Positions 28,962 to 38,851 of a stretch of 64,000 nt of DNA are shown here, one piece after another. The notes below the pieces were generated by a model, which ran no database searches, was not told the origin of the DNA, and saw only the letters and a program-made list of their open reading frames with translations. Each line of letters starts with the position of its first letter. Within the stretch, counting starts at the first letter, position 1. This DNA is from an uncultured Rikenellaceae bacterium (GTDB lineage Bacteria; Bacteroidota; Bacteroidia; Bacteroidales; VadinHA17). The position numbers were made by a program, and so were the translations under genes. The stretch is from the NCBI GenBank assembly GCA_964446825.1, contig CAYUQR010000003.1, positions 69,971 to 133,970 on the forward strand. Direction: 5' to 3'.

Positions 28962-29819
28962 ATGAAGATTGTAAGTACAGTTAAAGAGATACAAAAACAG
29001 ATCCGTGAAAGGAATCAGTTTCCTCTGGGCTTTGTTCCGACCATGGGAGCGCTTCATGAAGGACATATGTCACTTGTTAAAGATGCTGTGGCTCAATGTC
29101 CACTGGTAGTAGTAAGCATTTTTGTGAATCCTACTCAGTTCAACGATAAAAATGATCTTAAGAACTATCCTCGGAACATCGATGGTGATCTCGCATTACT
29201 TTCATATTTTCTCAGGGAGAATGATCTGGTATTTACACCGGGTACTGAAGAAATATATCCTGAAGAAGATACCAGAAAATTCAATTTCGGGAATCTCGAT
29301 TCTGTAATGGAAGGCCTTCACAGGCCGGGTCACTTTAACGGAGTGGCACAGGTCGTCAGCAGGCTCTTTGAGATAGTTACTCCCGATATTGCCTGGTTTG
29401 GACTCAAGGATTTTCAGCAGGTTGCAGTTATAAAAGAACTTTGCAGACAAACAGGAAGTAAAGTAAAGATTATCACCAGCCCGATCATCCGTGAAAAGGA
29501 CGAACTGGCAATGAGCAGCAGGAACCAGCTTCTTGAACAGGATATCAGAAAACGTGCCCCGGTAATATATAAGACTATCCGTGAAGCATCAGAAATGATA
29601 AATCAGAAAGACATACCTGAGATTAAATCCTTCGTTGAAAAAAGGATAAAAAATGAGGACGGATTCAGTGTTGAATATTTTGAAATTGTAGACGACACAG
29701 AATTGATACCTGTTATACGGAAAGCCGAAATGAATAAAGAGAAACGCTATTTTGGATGCATTGCCGTGAAAACCGGAAATATCCGTTTGATAGATAATAT
29801 TGAATTTAAATTGGCCTGA
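28962..29819 (+). CDS. panC: pantoate--beta-alanine ligase
   Basis: ORF 28923..29819 trimmed to ATG 28962 because a TAAGTTTG -7 box lies at 28940-28947. GFVPTMGALHEGH motif. Confidence 0.9.
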   Translation: MKIVSTVKEIQKQIRERNQFPLGFVPTMGALHEGHMSLVKDAVAQCPLVVVSIFVNPTQFNDKNDLKNYPRNIDGDLALLSYFLRENDLVFTPGTEEIYPEEDTRKFNFGNLDSVMEGLHRPGHFNGVAQVVSRLFEIVTPDIAWFGLKDFQQVAVIKELCRQTGSKVKIITSPIIREKDELAMSSRNQLLEQDIRKRAPVIYKTIREASEMINQKDIPEIKSFVEKRIKNEDGFSVEYFEIVDDTELIPVIRKAEMNKEKRYFGCIAVKTGNIRLIDNIEFKLA

Positions 29820-29833
29820 AACAAAAGGTTAAT

Positions 29834-29841
29834 TACCTTTG
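29834..29841 (+). promoter_or_regulatory. -7 box TACCTTTG (panD)
   Basis: Within TTAATTACCTTTG, 32 nt upstream of ATG 29874. Confidence 0.45.
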
Positions 29842-29873
29842 CATATTAATTAACATTAACAGGATATTATTAA

Positions 29874-30224
29874 ATGTTAATAGAGGTATTAAAATCGAAG
29901 ATCCACAGGGTAACAATAACGGGTGCCAATCTTAATTATATTGGAAGCATTACAATTGATGAGGATCTTATGGATGCAGCCAATATTATTGAAAATGAGA
30001 AGGTACAGGTTCTGAATTTAAATAACGGAGAACGACTCGACACCTATGTTATAAAAGGAAAGAGAGGATCAGGAGAGATATGTCTTAACGGTGCAGCTGC
30101 CAGAAAAGTTATTGTGGGCGATTTAGTACTTATAGTCTCCTTCGCCATGCTTGACTTTCAGGAGGCAAAATCATTCAGGCCGGCTGTTATATTCCCCGAT
30201 ACAAAAACAAATAAACTGATGTGA
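29874..30224 (+). CDS. panD: aspartate 1-decarboxylase
   Basis: 116 aa. [29 protein letters not shown] with the pyruvoyl-forming Gly-Ser site. Confidence 0.95.
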   Translation: MLIEVLKSKIHRVTITGANLNYIGSITIDEDLMDAANIIENEKVQVLNLNNGERLDTYVIKGKRGSGEICLNGAAARKVIVGDLVLIVSFAMLDFQEAKSFRPAVIFPDTKTNKLM

Positions 30225-31240
30225 CGTTGAGAAAAGGTGTTCTGCAAACTCTCAAGTTTTTAGCTTTCCTTGCTGTCGGAATTGCACTTCTCTGGGCTGC
30301 GTTTCATGATGTTAATTTTAAGAAGCTGGAAGTCGATCTGAAGCAGGCTAATTATTCCTGGCTTTTTTTGTCGCTGCTTTTCGGCCTTTTTGCTTATGTC
30401 AGCAGAGCCCGGAGATGGGTACTCCTTATAAATCCACTCGGATTCAGGCCTTCATTGAAAAACTCCTTTTATGCATTGATGACCGGATACCTTGCAAACA
30501 TAGCACTCCCCAGGGTAGGAGAAATAACACGTTGTGTCGCCCTGGGCAAAAAAGAAAAAATTCCGGTCGACCAGCTTATAGGGACTGTAGTAGTTGAAAG
30601 AACCGTAGACTTCATTTCCCTCCTTTCAATAATGATATACCTGATCTTTACCAGCAGTGGGGAAATTAACATTTTTCTCAAAGAAAGTATCTATTTGCCA
30701 ATACAGGAAAAAATATTTTCAGTATTTGGTGTAACCTGGATACTGTGGGTTATACTGTTTACACTGATGGTAATTGCGCTTTTCCTGATGATCCGTTATA
30801 AAAAGAATCTCCGGAAAATAAGGTTTTTCTCGAAAATGTTCGACCTTGCCAGGGGTGTTATCAACGGACTTAAAACTATAACCAACCTGGAAAGGAAGTG
30901 GGAATTTGTCTTTCATACCATTTTCATATGGATCAATTATGCACTTATGACCTGGGTAGTGGTATTTTCCATAAAAAGCACATCTGACCTGACTTTTTCT
31001 GACAGCATATTTTTACTGGTGATCGGTGGCCTTGCAATGTCGGCTCCGGTTCAGAGCGGGCTCGGAGCATTTCATTACATTATTTCAAGGGGACTTCTTT
31101 TTGTAAAAGGCATTCCCCTTGAGGACGGACTGGTTTATGCATTGCTGACCCATGAATCTCAGCTTATATTTGTTATGATAGTGGGGACCATTTCATTCTT
31201 TATTATTTTCAAAAAAGACAAGAAGGAAGGAAAGACCTGA
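30221..31240 (+). CDS. UPF0104 / lysylphosphatidylglycerol-synthase-TM-like (flippase-like) membrane protein
   Basis: 339 aa, GTG start, about 8 predicted TM segments. RARRW and LPRVGEITR motifs. Confidence 0.65.
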   Translation: MTLRKGVLQTLKFLAFLAVGIALLWAAFHDVNFKKLEVDLKQANYSWLFLSLLFGLFAYVSRARRWVLLINPLGFRPSLKNSFYALMTGYLANIALPRVGEITRCVALGKKEKIPVDQLIGTVVVERTVDFISLLSIMIYLIFTSSGEINIFLKESIYLPIQEKIFSVFGVTWILWVILFTLMVIALFLMIRYKKNLRKIRFFSKMFDLARGVINGLKTITNLERKWEFVFHTIFIWINYALMTWVVVFSIKSTSDLTFSDSIFLLVIGGLAMSAPVQSGLGAFHYIISRGLLFVKGIPLEDGLVYALLTHESQLIFVMIVGTISFFIIFKKDKKEGKT

Positions 31241-31248
31241 GTATATTC

Positions 31249-31256
31249 TATTTTTG
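31249..31256 (+). promoter_or_regulatory. -7 box TATTTTTG (radA)
   Basis: 18 nt upstream of ATG 31275. Confidence 0.45.
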
Positions 31257-31274
31257 CATTTTCTTACAATAATC

Positions 31275-32636
31275 ATGGCTAAGAGTAAAACAGTATGGGT
31301 TTGTCAGAACTGCGGTGTTGAATCGGCAAAATGGATAGGCCGGTGCCCATCGTGCAAAGAGTGGAATACCTATCACGAAGAGATCATAGCTCCTGCTTCT
31401 ACGCGCGATACCGGCTTTATTATGAACCAGGAAAAAAGGAAACCGATGCTCCTCGATAATATCGAAGCCAGTGAAAATGGCCGCATGAAAACCGGGATAT
31501 CGGAACTTGACAGGATACTTGGCTCCGGTATCGTTAACGGTTCTCTTATTCTTCTGGGGGGGGAGCCCGGGGTAGGCAAATCAACTCTTGCCCTTCAGCT
31601 TGCTCTGGCCCTGAAAGGGAAAAAGATCCTGTATGTATCAGGCGAAGAAAGCGAAGAACAGATCAGCCTCAGAGCACAAAGAATGAAGAATTCAAATCCT
31701 CAGTGCTATATACTCAGCGAAACAGATCTGGAGAGTATTATTAATCATGCAGAGAATATTAAGCCGGGATTAATAATTATCGATTCAATACAAACAATGA
31801 ATAATTCGGCGCTTGAGTCATCAGCCGGTTCTGTTACCCAGGTAAGGGAATGTGCCGCACAACTGCTGAAATATTCCAAAATAACCGGGACCCCGGTCTT
31901 CCTGATAGGTCATATCACGAAGGATGGAACACTTGCAGGTCCTAAGGTACTTGAACATATTGTAGATGTAGTCCTTTATTTTGAGGGCGATAACAATTAT
32001 GTGTACCGTATACTGCGATCGGTCAAAAACAGGTTTGGCTCAACATCTGAAATAGGCATTTTTGAAATGATTGAAACCGGTTTAAGGGAAGTCGATAATC
32101 CTTCGGAAATGTTTATAAATCAGCATGATGAACCTCTGAGCGGCATTTCCATCGCCGCTACGGTTGACGGCTTGAGGCCATTTCTGATTGAAACACAGGC
32201 TCTTGTCAGCAGCGCTGTATACGGAACACCTCAGAGAAGCTCCACCGGGTTTGACATCCGCAGGTTGAATATGCTCCTGGCAGTACTTGAAAAAAGAGCC
32301 GGATTCAGACTTGGCGTAAAAGATGTTTTTCTGAATATCGCAGGTGGTATAAAAGTAAGTGACCCGGCAATAGATCTTGCCATAATAAGTTCAGTTCTGT
32401 CGTCCAACCTCGATATCCCCATAGCAAGAGATACCTGTTTTTCAGGGGAGGCCGGACTTTCGGGAGAGATAAGGCCCGTTTCGCGAATTGAACAGCGTAT
32501 AGGTGAAGCCGCCAAGATGGGGTTCAAAAAAATATGTATTTCGAAATATCACAGGAATATCCAGCTGAAAAGATTGAATATTGAAGTTATACCTGTTGCC
32601 AAGATCGAGAACCTGGTACGGGCGTTGTTCGGCTAA
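31275..32636 (+). CDS. radA: DNA repair protein RadA
   Basis: ORF 31254..32636 trimmed to ATG 31275 because the TTG 31254 lies inside a TATTTTTG -7 box. Zinc ribbon CQNCG...CPSCKEW, GGEPGVGKST, KNRFG. Confidence 0.95.
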   Translation: MAKSKTVWVCQNCGVESAKWIGRCPSCKEWNTYHEEIIAPASTRDTGFIMNQEKRKPMLLDNIEASENGRMKTGISELDRILGSGIVNGSLILLGGEPGVGKSTLALQLALALKGKKILYVSGEESEEQISLRAQRMKNSNPQCYILSETDLESIINHAENIKPGLIIIDSIQTMNNSALESSAGSVTQVRECAAQLLKYSKITGTPVFLIGHITKDGTLAGPKVLEHIVDVVLYFEGDNNYVYRILRSVKNRFGSTSEIGIFEMIETGLREVDNPSEMFINQHDEPLSGISIAATVDGLRPFLIETQALVSSAVYGTPQRSSTGFDIRRLNMLLAVLEKRAGFRLGVKDVFLNIAGGIKVSDPAIDLAIISSVLSSNLDIPIARDTCFSGEAGLSGEIRPVSRIEQRIGEAAKMGFKKICISKYHRNIQLKRLNIEVIPVAKIENLVRALFG

Positions 32637-32640
32637 AAAG

Positions 32641-32668
32641 ACACTAGACGCTAGACACTAGGCGCTAG
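32641..32668. repeat. four tandem RCRCTAG heptamers
   Basis: ACACTAG ACGCTAG ACACTAG GCGCTAG. A degenerate fifth copy CCACTTAG lies near 32674-32681. Confidence 0.85.
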
Positions 32669-32707
32669 GTAAGCCACTTAGGAACAAAAGTATATTAATT
32701 ATTGACT

Positions 32708-32753
32708 CCGGGAGCCGGTCGCCGGGAGCCTTGAGTCGTGCGTCGTGCATCGT
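32708..32753. repeat. short GC-rich direct repeats (CCGGGAGCC x2; GTCGTGC x2 plus partial)
   Basis: CCGGGAGCC at 32708-32716 and 32722-32730. GTCGTGC at 32735-32741 and 32742-32748, then ATCGT. Confidence 0.8.
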
Positions 32754-32754
32754 T

Positions 32755-35094
32755 TTAGTATTTCACCCTGCGGGAATTGTCACTGCCTGACACGTTTTTT
32801 TTCGCTTTATCGCAATCGAGCTCAATATTAAAGTTAGCCGGGCGTTCAAATTCATCTGCTTCCATGATTCCCAGCACGGGATCATCATAAATCTTTCTGA
32901 GGAATATAGCCATAATCGGGAGAGCCATATTGGCACCCTGTCCTTCGCTGATTGTCTCAAAATGGATAGCCTGATCTTCCCAGCCGCTCCAGACCCCCCC
33001 CACAAGATTTGGTGTTACGCCCATAAACCATCCATTTGAATGATTCTGGGTTGTTCCTGTTTTACCACCGATCTGGTTCCAGAGGTTATAAGGTTCCAAT
33101 CTCATCCTTATTGCCGTCCCTCTTTTAACAACATTCTGAAGAAGATTCAGCATAAGATATGCCTGATCTTCGCTCAGCACCTCTTCAACCCTGGGAGTGA
33201 ACCTGGAAATAACGTTGCCGTTCTTATCCTCAATCCTGGTAACATACATCGGCCTGGTATATACTCCTTTATTTGCAAATGTTCCATAAGCACCTACCAT
33301 TTCTTCGAGCTTCACATCGGAGGTACCCAAAAATATTGAAGGCACAGGGTCTATAAAACTCCTTATACCCATTCTGTGCATCAGATCAACCACTGCCGAA
33401 GGTTTGAATTGCTGCATCAGCCATGCGGATATATAGTTTTCCGACTGGGCCAGTCCCCATGCCAGGGTCACCATTTTACCATGGTATTCCCTGGGTCCGG
33501 AACTTCTTGGAATGTATGGAACAGAATCGCCCGGGATATCAAATGATCTTGGAATATCCTCCACTTCATAACATGGAGAATATCCATTCTGCATGGCAAT
33601 GGTATAAAGAAAAGGTTTTATTGTACTTCCTATCTGTCTTTTTTGCTGTGTTACGCCATCCCATTTGAAATACTTGAAATTAGGGCCTCCCACATATGCT
33701 TTTACATAACCATTATGGGGATCCTCTACCATGAAAGCAGACCGTATGAAATACTTATAATACCTTATGGAATCAAGAGGTGTCATAATGGTATCCCTCT
33801 CTCCTTTCCAGGAGAAGACTCTCATTTTTACCTTTGTATTAAAAGCCAGCATAATGGAATCATCGGAAACGTCCCTGGCCTTCATTAAATAATATCTGTC
33901 ACTCTGTTTAAGTGATGCCATTAACAGTTCATCCACTTCCTTTTTGGTAATATCGTTGGAATAGGGAGGATTTCTAAAACCCCTGGCCCGCCTGTAAAAA
34001 TCGGGTTGCATCTCTTTTGACAGATGTTCCGTTAAAGCCTCCTCGGCGAATAATTGCATCCGGGAATTTATAGTTGTATAAATTTTCAATCCATCCCTGT
34101 AAAGATCATAATTGGATCCATCAGCCTTTTTATTCTTATTACACCAGCCGTACAACTGATTGTTCTGCCATTCCCATAATGCATCATCATATGATGATTG
34201 CTGGATATATTTGTTCCTGTCGGGTTCAGGTCGCCCCATAGTGTTTCTGATATATTCCCTGAGATAAGTTGCCAGACCTGAATTATGATCCTCAATTTTA
34301 AAATCGGTGTCCAGTGGCAATTTCATTACCGAGTCGGCGACAGAAGATGTCAGAAAACCGTATTTCTCCATCTGTGAGAGAACAACATTACGGCGCTGAG
34401 TCATAATATCAGGATTTCTGACAGGATTATATTTTGTTGATGCCTTAAGCATTCCAATCAGCACTGCAGCCTGCTGCAGATTAAGAGAATCAGGTGTGGT
34501 ATTAAAATAAACTCTTGCGGCAGTTCTTATTCCGATGGCATTATAATTAAAATCAAACTTGTTCAGGTACATCGTTATGATCTCATTTTTGGTATAGCTC
34601 CTTTCAAGCTTAACGGCAGTTTCCCACTCCTTGAATTTAGCTATTCCAAGCTTGACCTTTCGCATGAAAGCAGAATTTCTGGTCGTATCTCGCGGATAGA
34701 GCTGTTTTGCAAGCTGCTGGGTAATAGTACTGCCTCCGCCGGTGCTCTGCCCAAGCAGAATTGTACGGATAGCTGCACGTCCCAGGCCGCGAAGATCGAT
34801 GCCTGAATGCCTGTAATACCTTATATCTTCGGTAGCAATGAGTGCCTGGGTCAGATATGGTGAAATCTCCTTATAGTCTGTCCATGTACGATTCTCCACG
34901 CTTATTTTTCCAAGCAGGACGCCATCTTCTGAATAGACTTCTGCTGCCAGGTAATATTCAGGGTTTTCAAGTTCCTTGAAAGATGGCATGGGACCAAGCT
35001 TTTCCCTTGATATTAATATGAACAATGTTATAACAACAACGAATGGTAAACTGAATATGGACCAGAACCATATGAGATATTTTTTGTTGTTCAT
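32755..35094 (-). CDS. mrcA: penicillin-binding protein 1A (bifunctional transglycosylase/transpeptidase)
   Basis: ORF to 35127 trimmed to ATG 35094 because the TTG at 35125-35127 lies inside a -7 box. GT51 motifs EDIRYYRHSGID and GGSTITQQLAK, transpeptidase GSTIKPF and KTGTT. Confidence 0.9.
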   Translation of the reverse strand: MNNKKYLIWFWSIFSLPFVVVITLFILISREKLGPMPSFKELENPEYYLAAEVYSEDGVLLGKISVENRTWTDYKEISPYLTQALIATEDIRYYRHSGIDLRGLGRAAIRTILLGQSTGGGSTITQQLAKQLYPRDTTRNSAFMRKVKLGIAKFKEWETAVKLERSYTKNEIITMYLNKFDFNYNAIGIRTAARVYFNTTPDSLNLQQAAVLIGMLKASTKYNPVRNPDIMTQRRNVVLSQMEKYGFLTSSVADSVMKLPLDTDFKIEDHNSGLATYLREYIRNTMGRPEPDRNKYIQQSSYDDALWEWQNNQLYGWCNKNKKADGSNYDLYRDGLKIYTTINSRMQLFAEEALTEHLSKEMQPDFYRRARGFRNPPYSNDITKKEVDELLMASLKQSDRYYLMKARDVSDDSIMLAFNTKVKMRVFSWKGERDTIMTPLDSIRYYKYFIRSAFMVEDPHNGYVKAYVGGPNFKYFKWDGVTQQKRQIGSTIKPFLYTIAMQNGYSPCYEVEDIPRSFDIPGDSVPYIPRSSGPREYHGKMVTLAWGLAQSENYISAWLMQQFKPSAVVDLMHRMGIRSFIDPVPSIFLGTSDVKLEEMVGAYGTFANKGVYTRPMYVTRIEDKNGNVISRFTPRVEEVLSEDQAYLMLNLLQNVVKRGTAIRMRLEPYNLWNQIGGKTGTTQNHSNGWFMGVTPNLVGGVWSGWEDQAIHFETISEGQGANMALPIMAIFLRKIYDDPVLGIMEADEFERPANFNIELDCDKAKKNVSGSDNSRRVKY

Positions 35095-35124
35095 ATTGCC
35101 TTCCATTAACTTTAAAATTTGAAC

Positions 35125-35132
35125 CAAAAATA
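35125..35132 (-). promoter_or_regulatory. -7 box TATTTTTG (PBP1A)
   Basis: CAAAAATA on the plus strand, 30 nt upstream of ATG 35094. Confidence 0.45.
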
Positions 35133-35224
35133 GTAATTATTAAAGAATCTTAACGGTTTATTTTGAAGTTTGGTACCTAATTGATTTACTTTGTCGTCTG
35201 ATAAAAGAACAAATATCTGCTTTA

Positions 35225-37528
35225 ATGAACGAAAATCTTGTTATTGTTGAGTCTCCGGCGAAAGCTAAAACTATTGAGAAGTTTCTTGGAAAAGGTTTCC
35301 GTGTAGTCTCCAGTTTCGGGCATATAAGGGACTTGTCGAAAAAGAACCTTGGTATAGATGTTGAGAAGGATTTTTCTCCTACCTATGAGATCCCTAAAGA
35401 AAAGGCCAGGGTTGTAAGCGAGTTGCGAAAAGCTGCTGCTGATTCTAAAAATATATGGATTGCCTCTGATGAGGACCGTGAAGGGGAAGCTATAGCATGG
35501 CATCTTGCAAGTGTGCTGAATCTTGATCTTTCCACAACAAAAAGAATTGTTTTTCATGAAATAACAAAGGAAGCAATCTCAAATGCCATTGAGAACCCCC
35601 GGCAGGTTGATATGAATCTTGTCAATTCGCAACAGGCTCGTCGCATACTTGACAGACTGGTCGGATTTGAGATTTCCCCGGTTCTTTGGAAAAAAGTCCA
35701 GCCATCTTTATCCGCAGGCCGGGTACAGTCAGTAGCTGTTCGTTTGCTGGTGGAGAGGGAAAGAGAGATCATTGCTTTTAAGGCTGAATCAGCATTCAGG
35801 GTTTCTGCTATCTTCAGGATAGATTCTCCCAAAGGCGAAAATGCGACTCTGAGAGCGGATGCCTCAAAAAGGTTTCCCGACGATAAAGAGGCCATGAAAT
35901 TTCTTGAGATATGCAATGTTTCAAAATATTCCATAGGCAGTATAACCATTAAGCCAGGTACCCGTTCACCGGCGCCGCCATTCACCACATCCACCCTGCA
36001 GCAGGAAGCTTACCGCAAGCTTGGATTTTCTGTTGCCCAGACAATGGCTGTAGCCCAGAAGCTGTATGAAGCCGGAAAAATTACCTATATGAGGACCGAC
36101 TCTACCAATCTTTCAAAGCTTGCGCTTTTTAAATCGCGTGAAATGATTGTTTCAGAGTTTGGTGAAAAATACTCAAAGACCAGGCAGTTTAAAACAAAAT
36201 CGAAAGGAGCCCAGGAGGCACATGAGGCTATCCGTCCTGCTTACCTCGATCATCCGACTACTGCCGGCAGCCAGAATGAGAAGAAATTATATGAACTTAT
36301 CTGGAAGAGAACAGTTGCCTCCCAGATGGCAGATGCCGAAATAGAAAAAACCACCATTTCAATTGATATGAATAACTCCCCCGTTACATTCCAGGCAAAT
36401 GGGGAAGTAATAAAATTTGACGGGTTTTTGAAAGTATATACAGAATCTACCGACCAGGAAAACGGTGACGAAGAGAGGTATGTTATTCCCCCGGTTGTAA
36501 AAGGAATGCCGCTAAGTTACGATAGCATCACAGCAACACAAAAATACACCTCCCCTCCGCCCAGGTATACAGAAGCCAGCCTTGTTAAAAAACTTGAAGA
36601 GCTGGGTATAGGCAGGCCTTCAACTTATGCTCCGACAATTTCAACGATACAGAACAGGGGATATGTATCGCGCGAAGACCGATCCGGTGAAAAAAGGCAG
36701 ATAAAGATCATTTCACTTAACAACGGGGAGCTTGCATCAACAACAAAAACTGAAATTGCAGGAAAAGAAAAATCAAAACTCTTCCCCCTGGATATTGGTA
36801 TGATAGTTAATGATTTCCTTCTTGAAAATTTTTCAGAGATCGTTGATTACCACTTTACAGCAGAGATTGAAGAACAGTTTGATGAGATTGCTCTCGGAAA
36901 ACTCAAGTGGACAGGTATGCTTGACAGTTTCTATTCTCCGTTTCATAAAACAGTTACAAATACTCTCGAGAAAAGAGAAAGAAAAACCGGAGTAAGATTG
37001 CTGGGGAACCATCCGGAGACCGGGGAACCGGTTACTGTGAGGATGGGAAGGTTCGGACCCGTTGCACAGATAGGTGAATCGGGTAATGGAGAAAAACCAA
37101 GGTTTGCCAGTCTTTCAAAGAGTCAGCTTCTTGAAACGATAACTCTGGCTGAAGCGCTTGATCTTTTCCGTCTTCCCCGCTCATTAGGCGATTATGAAGG
37201 AGGAGAAATGGTAGTAGGAATAGGCAAGTTCGGACCCTATATCAGGTATAATAATAAATTTTATTCGCTTAAGAAAGGAGTGGACGATCCTTATATCATT
37301 ACTTTTGAAAGAGCCGTAGAGATTATTCTTGAAAAAAACGAAACCGATAAGAAGAAAGTCATTAAAGACTTTGGAGATCTTATGCTCCTCAACGGCAGGT
37401 ATGGACCTTACCTGGTTAAGGATAAGTCAAATTACAGGCTTCCAAAAGGTACTGATGCCGAAAAGCTTACCAGGGAGGATTGCATCAGGATAATCGAAAA
37501 CAGTGATAAAAACAAAAAGAGTTCTTAA
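35225..37528 (+). CDS. topA: DNA topoisomerase I
   Basis: 767 aa. TOPRIM LVIVESPAKAKTIEKFLG and active-site Tyr region ITYMRTDS. Confidence 0.95.
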   Translation: MNENLVIVESPAKAKTIEKFLGKGFRVVSSFGHIRDLSKKNLGIDVEKDFSPTYEIPKEKARVVSELRKAAADSKNIWIASDEDREGEAIAWHLASVLNLDLSTTKRIVFHEITKEAISNAIENPRQVDMNLVNSQQARRILDRLVGFEISPVLWKKVQPSLSAGRVQSVAVRLLVEREREIIAFKAESAFRVSAIFRIDSPKGENATLRADASKRFPDDKEAMKFLEICNVSKYSIGSITIKPGTRSPAPPFTTSTLQQEAYRKLGFSVAQTMAVAQKLYEAGKITYMRTDSTNLSKLALFKSREMIVSEFGEKYSKTRQFKTKSKGAQEAHEAIRPAYLDHPTTAGSQNEKKLYELIWKRTVASQMADAEIEKTTISIDMNNSPVTFQANGEVIKFDGFLKVYTESTDQENGDEERYVIPPVVKGMPLSYDSITATQKYTSPPPRYTEASLVKKLEELGIGRPSTYAPTISTIQNRGYVSREDRSGEKRQIKIISLNNGELASTTKTEIAGKEKSKLFPLDIGMIVNDFLLENFSEIVDYHFTAEIEEQFDEIALGKLKWTGMLDSFYSPFHKTVTNTLEKRERKTGVRLLGNHPETGEPVTVRMGRFGPVAQIGESGNGEKPRFASLSKSQLLETITLAEALDLFRLPRSLGDYEGGEMVVGIGKFGPYIRYNNKFYSLKKGVDDPYIITFERAVEIILEKNETDKKKVIKDFGDLMLLNGRYGPYLVKDKSNYRLPKGTDAEKLTREDCIRIIENSDKNKKSS

Positions 37529-37534
37529 AATATT

Positions 37535-38704
37535 ATGGTAGACCTGAATGATTATTTCAATCCTGTAAGCATTGAGGGACCTGATTTTGAGCAAATGACT
37601 GCACAGGCCGGGTTTCCTCATAATATTACCATACATACAGAAAACAATCGCCTGAAGGATTTCAGTAAATTCAGGATAGCGATTCTTGGTGTACCTGAGG
37701 GCAGGAATTCTCCCAATATGGGTTCGGTAAAAGGACCTGACATGATCAGGAGCCAACTCTACAGGCTGGCAAAGATACCCGGGAAATTAAAAATTATTGA
37801 TCTTGGCAATATGAAACAGGGTATTACCTTCAATGATACCCTGGCGGGACTGACCGACATTCTCTCCTTTCTGATGAATGAAAATCTTTTCCCGGTAATA
37901 ATAGGAGGAAGCAGTGCGCTAATACCTGCAATAGACAGGGCAATGTCGCAGAATAAAACTAAATATACACTTACAGCGGTTGATCCAAGAATAGATTACA
38001 GCGCTGAAAGAAAAGAGCCTGATTCCTTTAATTATCTCAATTCAATCATTAATAACCATAAAAGTACTTTTGATCACTATATTAATATAGGCTACCAGAC
38101 CTTTCTTAATGATCAGCAAGTCCTTAACCGGTTTCTTAAACAGAAATCAGAACTTGTCAGGATTGGAGATGTAAGGCAGTCGATTCATCTTACGGAACCT
38201 CTTTTCAGGGATTCGGAGGTTGCAATATTTGATATTTCATCTGTAAGGCAATCTGACGCTCCGGGGACAATAAGTCCTTCTCCCAATGGTTTTTATGGCG
38301 AGGAGATCTGCCTTTTATCGAGGTATGCGGGAATATCCGATAAGCTTAAGATATTTGGTCTGTTCGATGTTAATCCTGAATTTGATATCAGATCGCAGAC
38401 AACCGGACTGGCTGCTCAGATAATATGGTTTTTCCTTGAAGGTTTTTCACAAAAACAGTACGAGACTCCTGTTCTCAATGTCAGCAATTCAGGGCGCTTC
38501 ATTAAATATCATGTGAGGCTTACTGATCTTGAGGATGATCTTATCTTTGTTAAAAGCAATCTGACTGACAGGTGGTGGATTGAGCTTCCGTCTGAAGAAG
38601 ATCAGAATCATTATATTGCCTGCTCGCATGAAGATTACCTTCAGGCTAATCACAATGAAGTGCCTGAAAGATGGGTAAGCGCAATGGAAAGGCTGAAGCC
38701 ATGA
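37535..38704 (+). CDS. arginase/formiminoglutamase-fold protein with degenerate metal-binding motifs
   Basis: 389 aa. Family-like layout, but GGDHS reads GGSSA, DAHxD reads DPRID, and SxDxDxxDPxxAPG reads FDISSVRQSDAPG. Confidence 0.65.
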   Translation: MVDLNDYFNPVSIEGPDFEQMTAQAGFPHNITIHTENNRLKDFSKFRIAILGVPEGRNSPNMGSVKGPDMIRSQLYRLAKIPGKLKIIDLGNMKQGITFNDTLAGLTDILSFLMNENLFPVIIGGSSALIPAIDRAMSQNKTKYTLTAVDPRIDYSAERKEPDSFNYLNSIINNHKSTFDHYINIGYQTFLNDQQVLNRFLKQKSELVRIGDVRQSIHLTEPLFRDSEVAIFDISSVRQSDAPGTISPSPNGFYGEEICLLSRYAGISDKLKIFGLFDVNPEFDIRSQTTGLAAQIIWFFLEGFSQKQYETPVLNVSNSGRFIKYHVRLTDLEDDLIFVKSNLTDRWWIELPSEEDQNHYIACSHEDYLQANHNEVPERWVSAMERLKP

Positions 38705-38776
38705 GGCTGACTTTTTCGTCTAAAATAAAGGCACACTCGTCAAAATAGATATTCGAACCGGTTAAATAAATACCGG

Positions 38777-38784
38777 TAAATTTG
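38777..38784 (+). promoter_or_regulatory. -7 box TAAATTTG (porP-gldKLMN operon)
   Basis: 67 nt upstream of ATG 38852. It is the only perfect TAnnTTTG match in the 147-bp spacer. Confidence 0.45.
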
Positions 38785-38851
38785 TTTGCGATATATAATT
38801 TTATTTATTTTACTAATTCAATGAAAGTGCAAAGCACCATTAATTAAAGAG

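Noticed and set aside
31556-31563. G8 homopolymer in radA as a phase-variation switch (also C8 at 32994-33001 in PBP1A, C7 at 5832-5838 in apbC, G7 near 55536 in the methyltransferase)
   Set aside because: The tracts encode conserved Gly-Gly or Pro-Pro motifs in essential housekeeping genes, for example the GGEPG Walker region. This more likely reflects codon choice than contingency loci. I cannot exclude slippage without read data.
38745-38776. TTCGAACCGG resembling a tRNA T-arm
   Set aside because: The surrounding sequence is too AT-rich, and no acceptor or anticodon stems can be drawn. The two ACCGGT palindromes are simply short self-complementary words.
38821-38847. 8-codon upstream ORF (MKVQSTIN) in the porP leader
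   Set aside because: It is too short and nothing supports it beyond an ATG and a stop. It was noted only as a possible leader peptide.
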